Source of the DNA: Candidatus Peregrinibacteria bacterium
Lineage (GTDB): Bacteria > Patescibacteriota > Gracilibacteria > UBA1369
DNA: 64,000 nt
Assembly: GCA_963708185.1 (NCBI GenBank)
Contig: OY970195.1
Span: 960,001-1,024,000, forward strand
Reading direction: 5' to 3'
Part shown: positions 49,609 through 58,698 of the stretch, one piece after another
How positions within the stretch are numbered: position 1 is the first letter of the stretch
How the letters are laid out: each line of letters begins with the position of its first letter
The notes under the pieces: generated by a model
Database searches by the model: none
Told to the model about the DNA's origin: nothing
Seen by the model: the letters and a program-made list of their open reading frames with translations, nothing else
Program-made: the position numbers and the translations under genes

Positions 49609-50403
49609 ATGGGAGATTCTACTAAACCGTCGGCTGGTGGAGAAGGGGAAAATCTTGTTCATCTTCCGGGCGTGAAAAAAAATCCACGAACAGGAGAACC
49701 CGAAGTCGTGAAGGCAGATGGGCCGAAAGAGAAAACCAACGGCGAAGCTCCTGCTGACGTCGTCGCAGCCATCTCCGGCATCCAGGATGAGACCGTACAG
49801 AAAACCGGAGAGAATGTCGGTAATGTTGTACGGGTGAATTTTTCGAAAGAGCGCCAAAAAACTATTCCTTCTTCACATACTAAACCGAACGCTATGGGAA
49901 AGGGAAATAAGCGCAGCATTGGTAGGATCAATTTAGCAAAAAGCAGACCGCGTCCAAAAAAACTCGATCATAAAGTTGACGGACTCACCGTCGTTCCATC
50001 CCAAAAAGTGAAGACCATCACCGGAGGAAAAATCAGTGAAATCAGTGAGGCGGCACTGAGACATCGGGAAAATCACGCCATTCGCAGAGGCCGCAAACGT
50101 TTGTTCCAGGTTGTGGGGCTCCACGAACGTGAACTTTCAGAACAAGAAGCTGAACAGCCTGCCGTAGCAGCCAGGAACCTGGAAGCTTTAATGGCAGAGG
50201 ATTTCAGTGATGAAAAAAGAGAGACCGACCAGAAATTTTTCCATGAAGTCGCCTTGATTTTACTTTCCCTCTGGCCAAGAAATTGGAGTAGATATCTTGA
50301 TGATACAAGGATTGAGGGTATCATGCAGGCGATTCGTGACAAAGACACGCACGCACGCATATTGGCCCTCATCAAAAATTGCGCCGATCATCCGATCAGC
50401 TAA
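49609..50403 (+). CDS. Hypothetical protein (disordered N-half)
   Basis: MGDSTKP... after a pyrimidine-rich leader; TTGACA at about 49543 upstream. Confidence 0.6.
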   Translation: MGDSTKPSAGGEGENLVHLPGVKKNPRTGEPEVVKADGPKEKTNGEAPADVVAAISGIQDETVQKTGENVGNVVRVNFSKERQKTIPSSHTKPNAMGKGNKRSIGRINLAKSRPRPKKLDHKVDGLTVVPSQKVKTITGGKISEISEAALRHRENHAIRRGRKRLFQVVGLHERELSEQEAEQPAVAARNLEALMAEDFSDEKRETDQKFFHEVALILLSLWPRNWSRYLDDTRIEGIMQAIRDKDTHARILALIKNCADHPIS

Positions 50404-50416
50404 AACCCTCCAGAAA

Positions 50417-50704
50417 ATGACATCAGGTCCAAAAGAAAAATTGTCGTCACAGGACGAGACTGGCATCGTCTCACCTCCCCAGAGCCAGGAACGGGCTCGG
50501 GCTTTGATCGACGATATCGTCGGTCCTTCCGCTGAAGATCTTGTCAATGAGGCGCGCTTGTTATGGGAAGAAGATCCCGAACTGGCAGCCATGCTCGGAA
50601 TCGAGATCGACGGGATCGCGAACATGAAAGACGAAAAAAAAGGTGATCGTCCGAAAGCTCAAAAGTCCGCTCCAAGAAAACGAAGGACTACCTCCGGACG
50701 GTAA
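50417..50704 (+). CDS. Hypothetical protein
   Basis: 95-aa ORF MTSGPKEK..., 13 nt after the previous stop. Confidence 0.5.
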   Translation: MTSGPKEKLSSQDETGIVSPPQSQERARALIDDIVGPSAEDLVNEARLLWEEDPELAAMLGIEIDGIANMKDEKKGDRPKAQKSAPRKRRTTSGR

Positions 50705-51743
50705 CCGGAGTTCCAACGTCGGTAAAATCCCAGACGTATTGTGCATCTTGTGGCAGCAGGCGAATGCAGCCATGGCTCTTGGGTGTGCCAATGTGGTTCA
50801 AAGCTTCACGCCAGAACACACCGCGGTCGTTGGCGAGGCTCGGCAGGGCGTGAATTCCGTAGCCGCCCGCCCTGAATTCCATAAAGAGCGGCATGATGTA
50901 ATGCGGAGAGGAGGAAGCCACACGGACGGTTTGCTTCAAAAGAATTTTCGTCGTGCCCGTGGGGGTGGGGTGGAGATATGACCCCGTGCTCACCGGGAAG
51001 GTTCGGATGGTTGTTTTCCCGATGTTGATGTACATCCGTTGTTCGGAAAGATCTACGACAATGTTTTTTCCTCCTTCGAGTTTGAGGTTGGAAAGATTTC
51101 CGCTGACCTGGACATATTTGAGTAAGTTCTCAGTTTCCTGATCGAGCGTGGCATTGCCGACATTGATATCCACGGAAAACAGTGCATCCCCGCCCATCCA
51201 GGTAACGCCTTCGGCGACCGGAGCGTAGTATTCGCGGTACACTCCCGGCGTTGTCGGCGCTTTGGCCGTGATGGTGAAAGATGCGGCGTTCAAAGGACTC
51301 ACCCGTTTGTTATCCATCTTCACGCGGGACCCGCTGATCCAGGTGTTCAGGCTTCCGGTGTCCGGATTTTTTTCAACGGTGTAAAAAGAGCTGATGCGGT
51401 CGCGCTCCTTTTCGGTTCCCAGATGAACGACGGTCATGCTGTTGCAGCCGCTGTCTTCCGAAAACCAGGGAACGTTTCCAGTGTTCTGCATGAAAACCTG
51501 CATGGTAAAAACTTGACCGGGTTCAACGAAGCCGGGCTTTTTGATGGCCAGGAACTTCCCCTGGAAATCGGGTTTTCCGACTGAAGCGAAACTGCAGCTG
51601 ACCTCTGCGGATGAGACCGGCTGATTGACAGACTGTTGAGTTTGCTGGGTTTGTGCCGGAGCGGTTTGCGCAAAAACTGTCGCCGGAAAGAGCACCATGG
51701 AAAAAAGGAATGTTTTGAAAAAAAGTTTGTGTGAGGTTTTCAT
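50688..51743 (-). CDS. L,D-transpeptidase (YkuD family) with N-terminal NBR1-like Ig domain
   Basis: Signal peptide; MQNTGNVPW, APTTPGVY; VDLSEQRM, PVSTG, GIHALP, SHGCIRL. Confidence 0.92.
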   Translation of the reverse strand: MKTSHKLFFKTFLFSMVLFPATVFAQTAPAQTQQTQQSVNQPVSSAEVSCSFASVGKPDFQGKFLAIKKPGFVEPGQVFTMQVFMQNTGNVPWFSEDSGCNSMTVVHLGTEKERDRISSFYTVEKNPDTGSLNTWISGSRVKMDNKRVSPLNAASFTITAKAPTTPGVYREYYAPVAEGVTWMGGDALFSVDINVGNATLDQETENLLKYVQVSGNLSNLKLEGGKNIVVDLSEQRMYINIGKTTIRTFPVSTGSYLHPTPTGTTKILLKQTVRVASSSPHYIMPLFMEFRAGGYGIHALPSLANDRGVFWREALNHIGTPKSHGCIRLLPQDAQYVWDFTDVGTPVTVRR

Positions 51744-51834
51744 AGGGATTTTGTGTTTTTATGGATCAATAAATTATAACACAAATTGCTGCTTTCGGCA
51801 ATTACCCATGAATACCTCCTTCAATGGATTGGTT

Positions 51835-52626
51835 TTAGCGGAGGGCGATCCACGTTTGTGTCGCGTAGCGGGATTTGGCGAGTTCCGCAGCCCGTTTGAG
51901 TTCCTGATCGGTCCACGCACCTTCAGCGAATTTTTTGTTTTGGGTAAATCCTTTAAAGAGTGCTGCATACACCTCTTCCATAGTGAGTTGCGGCTTTAAA
52001 AGTTTTAATGCACTCACCCGTTCTTCAACCGCCGCGATCATTTTATCGGCGATTTTTTCCTGCCCGACTTTAAGCAGGGAAAACATTTTCGGGACGTCCA
52101 CCTGGTACAAAATTGTTCCGTGCTGGAGGAGGATTCCGTTGCGGCGGGTCTGCGCGTTTCCGGAAATTTTTTTGCCACCCACGTTTTCGCCATCGGGGCC
52201 GGTAGCGTTCGGGGCAAGAATAATGTCGTTGATGGGTTTGAATTCCGAAGGTACTCCAAGCAGGTTCAAACTGTCGATGATCCAACCGCAGATTTCGTGG
52301 TAGGACTCGGTGATCCCTTTGGGAAAAAGATTTTCAGGGGCGATGACGCTGTAGGTGATTTCCCCGTCGTGATCGTGAAAAACGGCTCCGCCGCCGGTGC
52401 GACGACGGACGACGTCTACTCCGGCTTCACGGCATTTGTCGGTCGCGACCTCATCGTTGAGGCTCTGGAAATAGCCGATGGAAACCGCGCTGGGCTGCCA
52501 GCGATAAAACCTGATCGTGGGCCGGACTTTTCCTGCCGCGACCTCTTCGCTGCAGGCTTCGTCGAGCGCCATGTTGGTGAAAGCGTCGTGAATTTCAAGA
52601 GGAATGATGCGCCACTGTGTTTCCAT
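51835..52626 (-). CDS. lplA: Lipoate-protein ligase, catalytic subunit (LplA/LipM family)
   Basis: NMALDEA, SIGYFQ, RRRTGGGAVFHD, KKISGNAQ, LQHGT; no C-terminal domain. Confidence 0.88.
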   Translation of the reverse strand: METQWRIIPLEIHDAFTNMALDEACSEEVAAGKVRPTIRFYRWQPSAVSIGYFQSLNDEVATDKCREAGVDVVRRRTGGGAVFHDHDGEITYSVIAPENLFPKGITESYHEICGWIIDSLNLLGVPSEFKPINDIILAPNATGPDGENVGGKKISGNAQTRRNGILLQHGTILYQVDVPKMFSLLKVGQEKIADKMIAAVEERVSALKLLKPQLTMEEVYAALFKGFTQNKKFAEGAWTDQELKRAAELAKSRYATQTWIALR

Positions 52627-52667
52627 GATCTTGCGTAAAAATATCGAACAGATAATATGGGAACGTT

Positions 52668-52967
52668 ATGTATCAAGCAACCTTAAAAGTCGCCGGGGGA
52701 AAGCTCCTCCGGGTCACCATGGAGATGCAGAATATGGACGGAGATCTGCTCATCCAGAACATTCAACTTACCGGTGATTTCTTTTTGCACCCGGAAGATG
52801 TTTTGCCGGAGATCGAAAAAGCACTGAACGGCATGGGCTGGCCGACCGACGAGGATGAATACATCGGAGTGATCCAGGATGTTTTGAACAAATACCACGC
52901 CACATTCATCGGGGTATCGCCGCAGGACATCGCCCAGGCCATTTTGATGGCCAAGGAAACCGCTTGA
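52668..52967 (+). CDS. Lipoate-protein ligase accessory subunit (stand-alone C-terminal domain, LplB-like)
   Basis: KVAGGKLLRV, ITGDFF-type motif (LTGDFFLHPE), IEKAL. Confidence 0.8.
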   Translation: MYQATLKVAGGKLLRVTMEMQNMDGDLLIQNIQLTGDFFLHPEDVLPEIEKALNGMGWPTDEDEYIGVIQDVLNKYHATFIGVSPQDIAQAILMAKETA

Positions 52968-53039
52968 TGGCCTTGTATCCTTTTCAATCGAAGTGAAGTC
53001 GTGTACGATGAGATTCCACATAATTCTTCATGTTTTTTT

Positions 53040-53318
53040 ATGGCTCCGACCTTAACTTCACACTTACTCCAATTTTCCGGAACCGAGTGCATCCATTGTA
53101 AAGAGATGGAGCCGCTCGTGGAACAGCTCGAAAAAGATCTCAACGTCAACGTGCAGTATCTTGAGACCTGGCACGACGAGGAAAACGCCAAACTTCTTGA
53201 ACAGTACGATCAGGGGCGCTGCGGCGGCGTGCCATTCTTTTACAACACCAAGAGTAACAAGTTCATTTGCGGAAACTGCGATTACGACACGCTTAAAACG
53301 TGGGCACTTTCGGAGTAA
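53040..53318 (+). CDS. Thioredoxin/glutaredoxin-like protein
   Basis: GTECIHC CxxC motif, CGGVPFF cis-Pro motif. Confidence 0.8.
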   Translation: MAPTLTSHLLQFSGTECIHCKEMEPLVEQLEKDLNVNVQYLETWHDEENAKLLEQYDQGRCGGVPFFYNTKSNKFICGNCDYDTLKTWALSE

Positions 53319-53364
53319 TCTGTGGACCGGAGACCGGGGCCTTTGATTATCTAACCTGAGAATT

Positions 53365-54327
53365 TTGCGCGTTCAGACTCCACAAAATCAGACGTTCACC
53401 CAGAAGCTGAAAGCGGACCAGGCTGTTTTGCGGAAACCCGAGTGGCTCAAGATCCGGCCGCCGACCACGGAAAAGTATGCGGGGATCGCCACGTTGCTTC
53501 GCGCCAAAAAACTGGCGACGGTATGCGCCGAAGCGCACTGCCCGAATATCGCTGAATGCTGGAGCGGAGGTACCGCCACGTTCATGCTCATGGGTGAAAC
53601 GTGTACCCGCGCCTGCAGATTTTGTTACGTAAAATCCGGGAATCCCCACGGCCTGTTGGACAAGACGGAGCCGCGCCGCCTCGTGGAGGCCGTGACGATC
53701 ATGAAGCTGGAATATGTGGTGCTGACCTGCGTGACCCGCGACGATCTGCCGGATGGCGGCGCGGGCCATTTTGCGCGGTGCATAAAGGCCCTTAAAGAAG
53801 CGCACCCAAGGCTTTTGATCGAAGTTTTGATTTCCGATCTGAACGGAAACCTGGATGCTTTGCAGACGATCGTGGATGCCAAACCCGAAGTGATCGCTCA
53901 CAATCTGGAAACGGTTGAACGGCTGCAGGGTGACATCCGCGACCCGCGGGCGAATTATCAAAAATCCATGAACATTCTCGAAGAAGCCAAACTCCGCGCT
54001 CCAAGACGCTTCACGAAATCCGCGATCATGCTGGGGCTCGGCGAAAAAGAGGAAGAGGTGATCCAATACATGAAGGATTTGCGAAAAATCAACGTTGATG
54101 TGGTGACATTCGGACAGTACCTGCGGCCGAGTCCTTTTCACGTGCCGATTCATGAATACGTCAAGCCGGAACAGTTCAAAAAATATGAAGTACTTGCCAA
54201 AGAACTGGGATTTTTATACTGTGCTTCAGGAGCCTTCGTACGCAGTTCGTACAAAGCTGGAGAGCTGTTCATGAAAAATATTTTGTTGAAAGGAAGAGCC
54301 GCTAAGAAAACGGCCGCAGCAGTGTAA
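53365..54327 (+). CDS. lipA: Lipoyl synthase
   Basis: KPEWLK, CAEAHCPNIAEC, CTRACRFC, HNLETV, GQYLRPS, VRSSY; start uncertain. Confidence 0.96.
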   Translation: MRVQTPQNQTFTQKLKADQAVLRKPEWLKIRPPTTEKYAGIATLLRAKKLATVCAEAHCPNIAECWSGGTATFMLMGETCTRACRFCYVKSGNPHGLLDKTEPRRLVEAVTIMKLEYVVLTCVTRDDLPDGGAGHFARCIKALKEAHPRLLIEVLISDLNGNLDALQTIVDAKPEVIAHNLETVERLQGDIRDPRANYQKSMNILEEAKLRAPRRFTKSAIMLGLGEKEEEVIQYMKDLRKINVDVVTFGQYLRPSPFHVPIHEYVKPEQFKKYEVLAKELGFLYCASGAFVRSSYKAGELFMKNILLKGRAAKKTAAAV

Positions 54328-54337
54328 TTTTCCTCCC

Positions 54338-55453
54338 ATGTTTTTAGAAAAATATACCGACAAACTCAATACCGATATGGTCCAGATCATGGACCACGAA
54401 GGGAATCTCAATGAAGAACTGAGACCCAAGGAACTCACCGACGAGGTGGTGCTGGAGCTTTATAAAAAAATGGTGTTCTGCCGCATGTGCGACGACCGTG
54501 CGCTCAAAATGCAGCGCTCCGGACGCATGGGAACCTTTACCTCGGTTCAGGGCCAGGAAGGTCTGCAGATCGCCAGCGAGTTCGCTATGAAAAAAACCGA
54601 CTGGGTGGTTCCGGCGTTCCGCGAGCTGGCGGTGATGTGGGCGCACGGCGTTCCGATGGAAAGAATTTATCAGTACTGGATCGGCAACGAATGGGGCAGC
54701 CATCCGCCGGAAGGCGTTCACGTTTTGCCGGTTGCGATTCCCGTGGGAAGCCAGATGCTCCATGCCGTCGGCATCAGCTGGGCGGCCAAACTCCAGAAGA
54801 AGGATGAGATCGCTGTCACGTACTTCGGGGACGGTGCCACGTCCGAAGGCGACTTCCACGAAGCCATGAACTTTGCCGGGGTATTCAAAACTCCAACGAT
54901 TTTCATGTGTCAGAACAACCAGTACGCGATTTCCACTCCGCGCAGACTTCAGACCGCCTCGAAAACGATTGCCCAAAAAGCTTTGGGGTACGGGTTTCCC
55001 GGCGTATACGTTGACGGCAACGATCTTTTTGCCATGTACGCAGTAACAAAAGAGGCGGCCGAACGCGCACGAAAAGGCGACGGACCTACGTTGATCGAAG
55101 CCTACACCTATCGTTTTGGCGATCACTCCTCTTCCGACGATTCCAGCAAGTATCGTGATAAATCGGAAGTGGAAGCATGGAGACCGAAAGGTCCGATGCA
55201 CCGCCTGCAGGCTTACCTCGGCAAAAAAGGTTTATGGAGCGAGAAGATTGAAGAAGAAATCCGTGCCAAATTCCAACCGGACATTGATGCGATTACCCAG
55301 AAAGCCGAAGGGTTCCCAAACCAGACCGTTGATGAAATCTTTGATTATATGTACGCAGAACTTCCGGCGAGACTCGCCGAACAGAAAGCTTATTTGAAAA
55401 ATGTCCTTGCCAAAAAGGAGGCTGCACAAAAGAAAGGAGGGGCGCATGGCTAA
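54338..55453 (+). CDS. pdhA: Pyruvate (2-oxoacid) dehydrogenase E1 alpha
   Basis: GQEG, FGDGATSEGDFHEAMNFAGV, QNNQYAIS, TYRFGDHS. Confidence 0.92.
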   Translation: MFLEKYTDKLNTDMVQIMDHEGNLNEELRPKELTDEVVLELYKKMVFCRMCDDRALKMQRSGRMGTFTSVQGQEGLQIASEFAMKKTDWVVPAFRELAVMWAHGVPMERIYQYWIGNEWGSHPPEGVHVLPVAIPVGSQMLHAVGISWAAKLQKKDEIAVTYFGDGATSEGDFHEAMNFAGVFKTPTIFMCQNNQYAISTPRRLQTASKTIAQKALGYGFPGVYVDGNDLFAMYAVTKEAAERARKGDGPTLIEAYTYRFGDHSSSDDSSKYRDKSEVEAWRPKGPMHRLQAYLGKKGLWSEKIEEEIRAKFQPDIDAITQKAEGFPNQTVDEIFDYMYAELPARLAEQKAYLKNVLAKKEAAQKKGGAHG

Positions 55454-56432
55454 TCAAGCATTGACCATGGTTGGCGCGATCAACCTGGCGCTCAAACAGG
55501 AAATGGCCAAAGACAAACGCGTGATGGTGTACGGCGAAGACGTGGGCCGTGAAGGTGGCGTTTTCCGCGTGACCGAAGGGCTGCAAAAACTTTACGGCGA
55601 AGACCGCTGTTTTGATTCTCCCCTTTCCGAATCGGGAATTATTGGAACGGCCATCGGTCTGGCCATCAACGGAATGAGGCCGGTTGCGGAAATCCAGTTC
55701 GATGGATTTTTCATGGAAGGTATTTCCCAGATGATCAACCATGCGGCGCGCATGCGCAATCGTTCCCGCGGGGAGTTCACGGTGCCGATGGTGGTGAGGT
55801 TCCCCTTTGCCGGTGGCATCAAGGCCCTGGAGCATCACTCAGAATCCATGGAAGCGGTGTTCGGGCACATTCCGGGGTTGAAAGTCGTTATTCCTTCCAC
55901 GCCGTACGACGCCAAAGGCATGCTTATTTCCGCGATCCGTGATCCGGACCCCGTGGTTTTCCTGGAACCCAAGAGACTTTATCGTGCCTTTAAACAGGAG
56001 GTTCCGGAAGAAGAGTATTTCATTCCTTTGGGCAAGGCATCGCTTATCCAGGACGGTACGGACGTGACGCTTCTTGCGTACGGCACGATGGTGCGTGAAT
56101 GCCAGAAAGCCGCCATTGAAGCGCAGAAAATGGGTATCAGCTGCATGATCGTGGATTTGCGTTCGATTAGTCCGCTGGACCGTGATGCTATTCTGTACGC
56201 GGCGGAAAAGACCGGACGCGTGGTCATCGTCCACGAAGCCGCGCGAAGTTTTGGGACTGCGGGAGAGATCAGCATGCTTATATATGAACACCTTTACGGC
56301 AAACTTAAAGCTCCTGTTGAACGTGTGACGGGCTTCGATATTGCCATGCCGCTGCTGCGCGGTGAAGACCTGTATCTCGTTGATTCTTTCCGGGTGCTGG
56401 AAGGCATCAAGAAAGTAATGAGAAAAGCGTAG
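55446..56432 (+). CDS. pdhB: Pyruvate (2-oxoacid) dehydrogenase E1 beta
   Basis: GEDVG..GGVFR, PLSESGI, EIQF, EHHSES, PSTPYDAKG. Confidence 0.92.
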   Translation: MANQALTMVGAINLALKQEMAKDKRVMVYGEDVGREGGVFRVTEGLQKLYGEDRCFDSPLSESGIIGTAIGLAINGMRPVAEIQFDGFFMEGISQMINHAARMRNRSRGEFTVPMVVRFPFAGGIKALEHHSESMEAVFGHIPGLKVVIPSTPYDAKGMLISAIRDPDPVVFLEPKRLYRAFKQEVPEEEYFIPLGKASLIQDGTDVTLLAYGTMVRECQKAAIEAQKMGISCMIVDLRSISPLDRDAILYAAEKTGRVVIVHEAARSFGTAGEISMLIYEHLYGKLKAPVERVTGFDIAMPLLRGEDLYLVDSFRVLEGIKKVMRKA

Positions 56433-56482
56433 CGCAGTCGAGCCGATTGCGTTAGTATTCTTTCGTTTCATTAACAATCGTT

Positions 56483-57946
56483 ATGGCATTTGATTTTAAA
56501 TTTCCGGACGTCGGTGAAGGCATTCATGAAGGAAAGATCGTGAAATGGCTCGTGAAAGAAGGCGACGAAGTAAAAACTGACGATCCGCTCGCGGAGGTTG
56601 AAACCGACAAGGCCGTCGTGGAGATTCCCACGCCGCGCCCGGGGAAAATTTTGAAACTCTACCATAAGGAAGGTGAAACAATGAAAGTTGGTGAAACGAT
56701 GGCGACGATCCAGGAAAGCGGCTTGCCTGCGGGTGTTACCCCGCAAAACGGGGCTTCGCCCGGAAACGCACCGGCAGTTGAACATGAAGAAAGCACGAAT
56801 GTCGTCGGCAGCCTTGAACCCACGGCAGCCGGCGTGATGAAAGCTCCGACAAGCGGAGGAGGAGCGGTCTTTGGGGGTCCAGTAACAGGAGGTGGACAGG
56901 CTTTGGGAGGAAATCCGTTCACGGCAGGCGGGGCGGTGTTCGGCGGCAACAAGCCCGCTGGAGGAACGCAGACGCCGGCTCCCCAGAGTTCGCAGGCGCA
57001 GAACGCTCAGCCCGCTTCCGGAAACCAGCCCGCAAGCGCCCAGCAGGGTTCCCCACAAGGCGGCTCCATGGCGGGTGTCATCAAATCCGGCATCAAAGCT
57101 GTGAAGAAGTACGACCTTTTTGGCTACGTCGACCACGTTCCCTATGACGGCGTGCGCAAAGCCGTGGGCGACCACATTGCCAAATCCTTGTACACGGCGC
57201 CGCACGTGACGCACATGGATACCGCGGACGTGACGGACCTGTGGGCGAAGCGTGAAGAAGATAAAGCCCAGGCCGCAAAAGATGGCATCAAGCTCACGTT
57301 TTTGGCATACATCGTCAAAGCAACGTGCGAGGCGTTGAAAAAACATCCATACGTGAACGCCATGCTCGACGAGGAGAACCACGACATTATTTTGCGCAAA
57401 TACTACAATATCGGCATCGCAGTTGATACGGAAGCAGGCCTGATGGTTCCCGTACTCAAAGCTGCTGACCGCAAGACGCTTTTCTCGGTTGCCCGGGAGA
57501 TCGGTATGCTCGCGGAGTCGGCACGAAGCCGTAAGATCAATCCGATGGATTTCAAGGGCGGAAGCTTCACCATTACCAACGTGGGCTCAGCCGGCAGCGG
57601 AAAATATTTTACTCCGGTCATCAACTTTCCGGAATCAGCGATTCTTGGCGTCGGCCTGATTGAAGACACTCCGGTAGTACGAAACGGAAAAATCGAAGTA
57701 CGAAAGGTCGTGTATTTGAGTCTGAGTTTCGATCACAGAATCCTGGACGGCGCGGAAGCCGCACGGTTCGTAAAGGATCTGAAAGACCTGCTGGAGGGGA
57801 CGGTTCCGATGGACGATTCCGCCGGGTTGAATCCGGTGAAAGGTCTGGACAAAGGCGGTGACAAGCCTACAAAAAGCGTTCCGGCAAAATCCGGCACCCC
57901 GAAAAAGACACCGAAAAAACGGCTGGTCGCCAAGAAAAAAAACTAG
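56483..57946 (+). CDS. pdhC: Dihydrolipoamide acyltransferase E2
   Basis: Lipoyl domain EVETDKA, GGSFTITNVG, FDHRILDG. Confidence 0.92.
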   Translation: MAFDFKFPDVGEGIHEGKIVKWLVKEGDEVKTDDPLAEVETDKAVVEIPTPRPGKILKLYHKEGETMKVGETMATIQESGLPAGVTPQNGASPGNAPAVEHEESTNVVGSLEPTAAGVMKAPTSGGGAVFGGPVTGGGQALGGNPFTAGGAVFGGNKPAGGTQTPAPQSSQAQNAQPASGNQPASAQQGSPQGGSMAGVIKSGIKAVKKYDLFGYVDHVPYDGVRKAVGDHIAKSLYTAPHVTHMDTADVTDLWAKREEDKAQAAKDGIKLTFLAYIVKATCEALKKHPYVNAMLDEENHDIILRKYYNIGIAVDTEAGLMVPVLKAADRKTLFSVAREIGMLAESARSRKINPMDFKGGSFTITNVGSAGSGKYFTPVINFPESAILGVGLIEDTPVVRNGKIEVRKVVYLSLSFDHRILDGAEAARFVKDLKDLLEGTVPMDDSAGLNPVKGLDKGGDKPTKSVPAKSGTPKKTPKKRLVAKKKN

Positions 57947-58080
57947 AAGGGGTTACCTGTTGATAATGCTGATACGATCACGACTGCGATACCGAGGACG
58001 ATGAGCGCCCCAACGACAAAAATCCCGATGATCACTGCACGGATGATCTGATCGCCGAGGCTGTTTTTTGGTTTGTTCAT
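57943..58080 (-). CDS. 45-aa single-pass membrane microprotein
   Basis: Manual translation MNKPKNSLGDQIIRAVIIGIFVVGALIVLGIAVVIVSALSTGNPF*; below the ORF-track cutoff. Confidence 0.65.
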   Translation of the reverse strand: MNKPKNSLGDQIIRAVIIGIFVVGALIVLGIAVVIVSALSTGNPF

Positions 58081-58091
58081 CGGCGGTTTTC

Positions 58092-58232
58092 TCAAGAAAT
58101 ATTACCGGTCTGAAAAGCGTGGATTATCACGATCGTGAAATAAATTCCAGCAACAAGAACCGGAGTCCCGACAATCGCCAGGGCAATGAGAAACGCACGC
58201 AGGGTGTAGTTTTTTGGTTTTTCCTTGGCCAT
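58092..58232 (-). CDS. 46-aa single-pass membrane microprotein
   Basis: Manual translation MAKEKPKNYTLRAFLIALAIVGTPVLVAGIYFTIVIIHAFQTGNIS*; starts 19 nt after the nrdR stop. Confidence 0.65.
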   Translation of the reverse strand: MAKEKPKNYTLRAFLIALAIVGTPVLVAGIYFTIVIIHAFQTGNIS

Positions 58233-58251
58233 GAATATGGCTTAGAGAGGG

Positions 58252-58698
58252 CTAATCAATAAGCTTGGACAGTTCTTTTTTGAACGTCTCCAGGTCCTTG
58301 AAGTGCCGATAAACCGAGGCGAAACGGATGTAGGCGACTTCGTCGATTTTGCGTAAGCGGTCCATGACGCTTTCGCCGATGTTGCGGGAATGGATCTCTT
58401 TGCCGAAGTTGGACATTTCTTCCTCGAGTTCGTTGAGGAGTTTTTCGATCTGCTCCTTGCTGACAGGACGTTTTTCGCAGGCTCGCCAAAGTCCCCTTTC
58501 AAGTTTTTCGCGGTCGTAGCTTTCGCGGGAATTGTCCTTTTTGATGATGATGAAGTTGGTGGTCTCGACCCGTTCAAACGTGGTGAAGCGATACTTGCAT
58601 TCGGCGCACTGGCGGCGGCGGCGGATTTCACGTTTTTCATGGGTGTCGCGCGAGTCCAGCACCGAGGTGTCTTCGTGTTTGCATTTCGGACAGATCAT
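58252..58698 (-). CDS. nrdR: Transcriptional repressor NrdR
   Basis: MICPKC, DSR, IRRRRQC..C..RFTTFE, ATP cone, VAYIRFASVY. Confidence 0.97.
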   Translation of the reverse strand: MICPKCKHEDTSVLDSRDTHEKREIRRRRQCAECKYRFTTFERVETTNFIIIKKDNSRESYDREKLERGLWRACEKRPVSKEQIEKLLNELEEEMSNFGKEIHSRNIGESVMDRLRKIDEVAYIRFASVYRHFKDLETFKKELSKLID

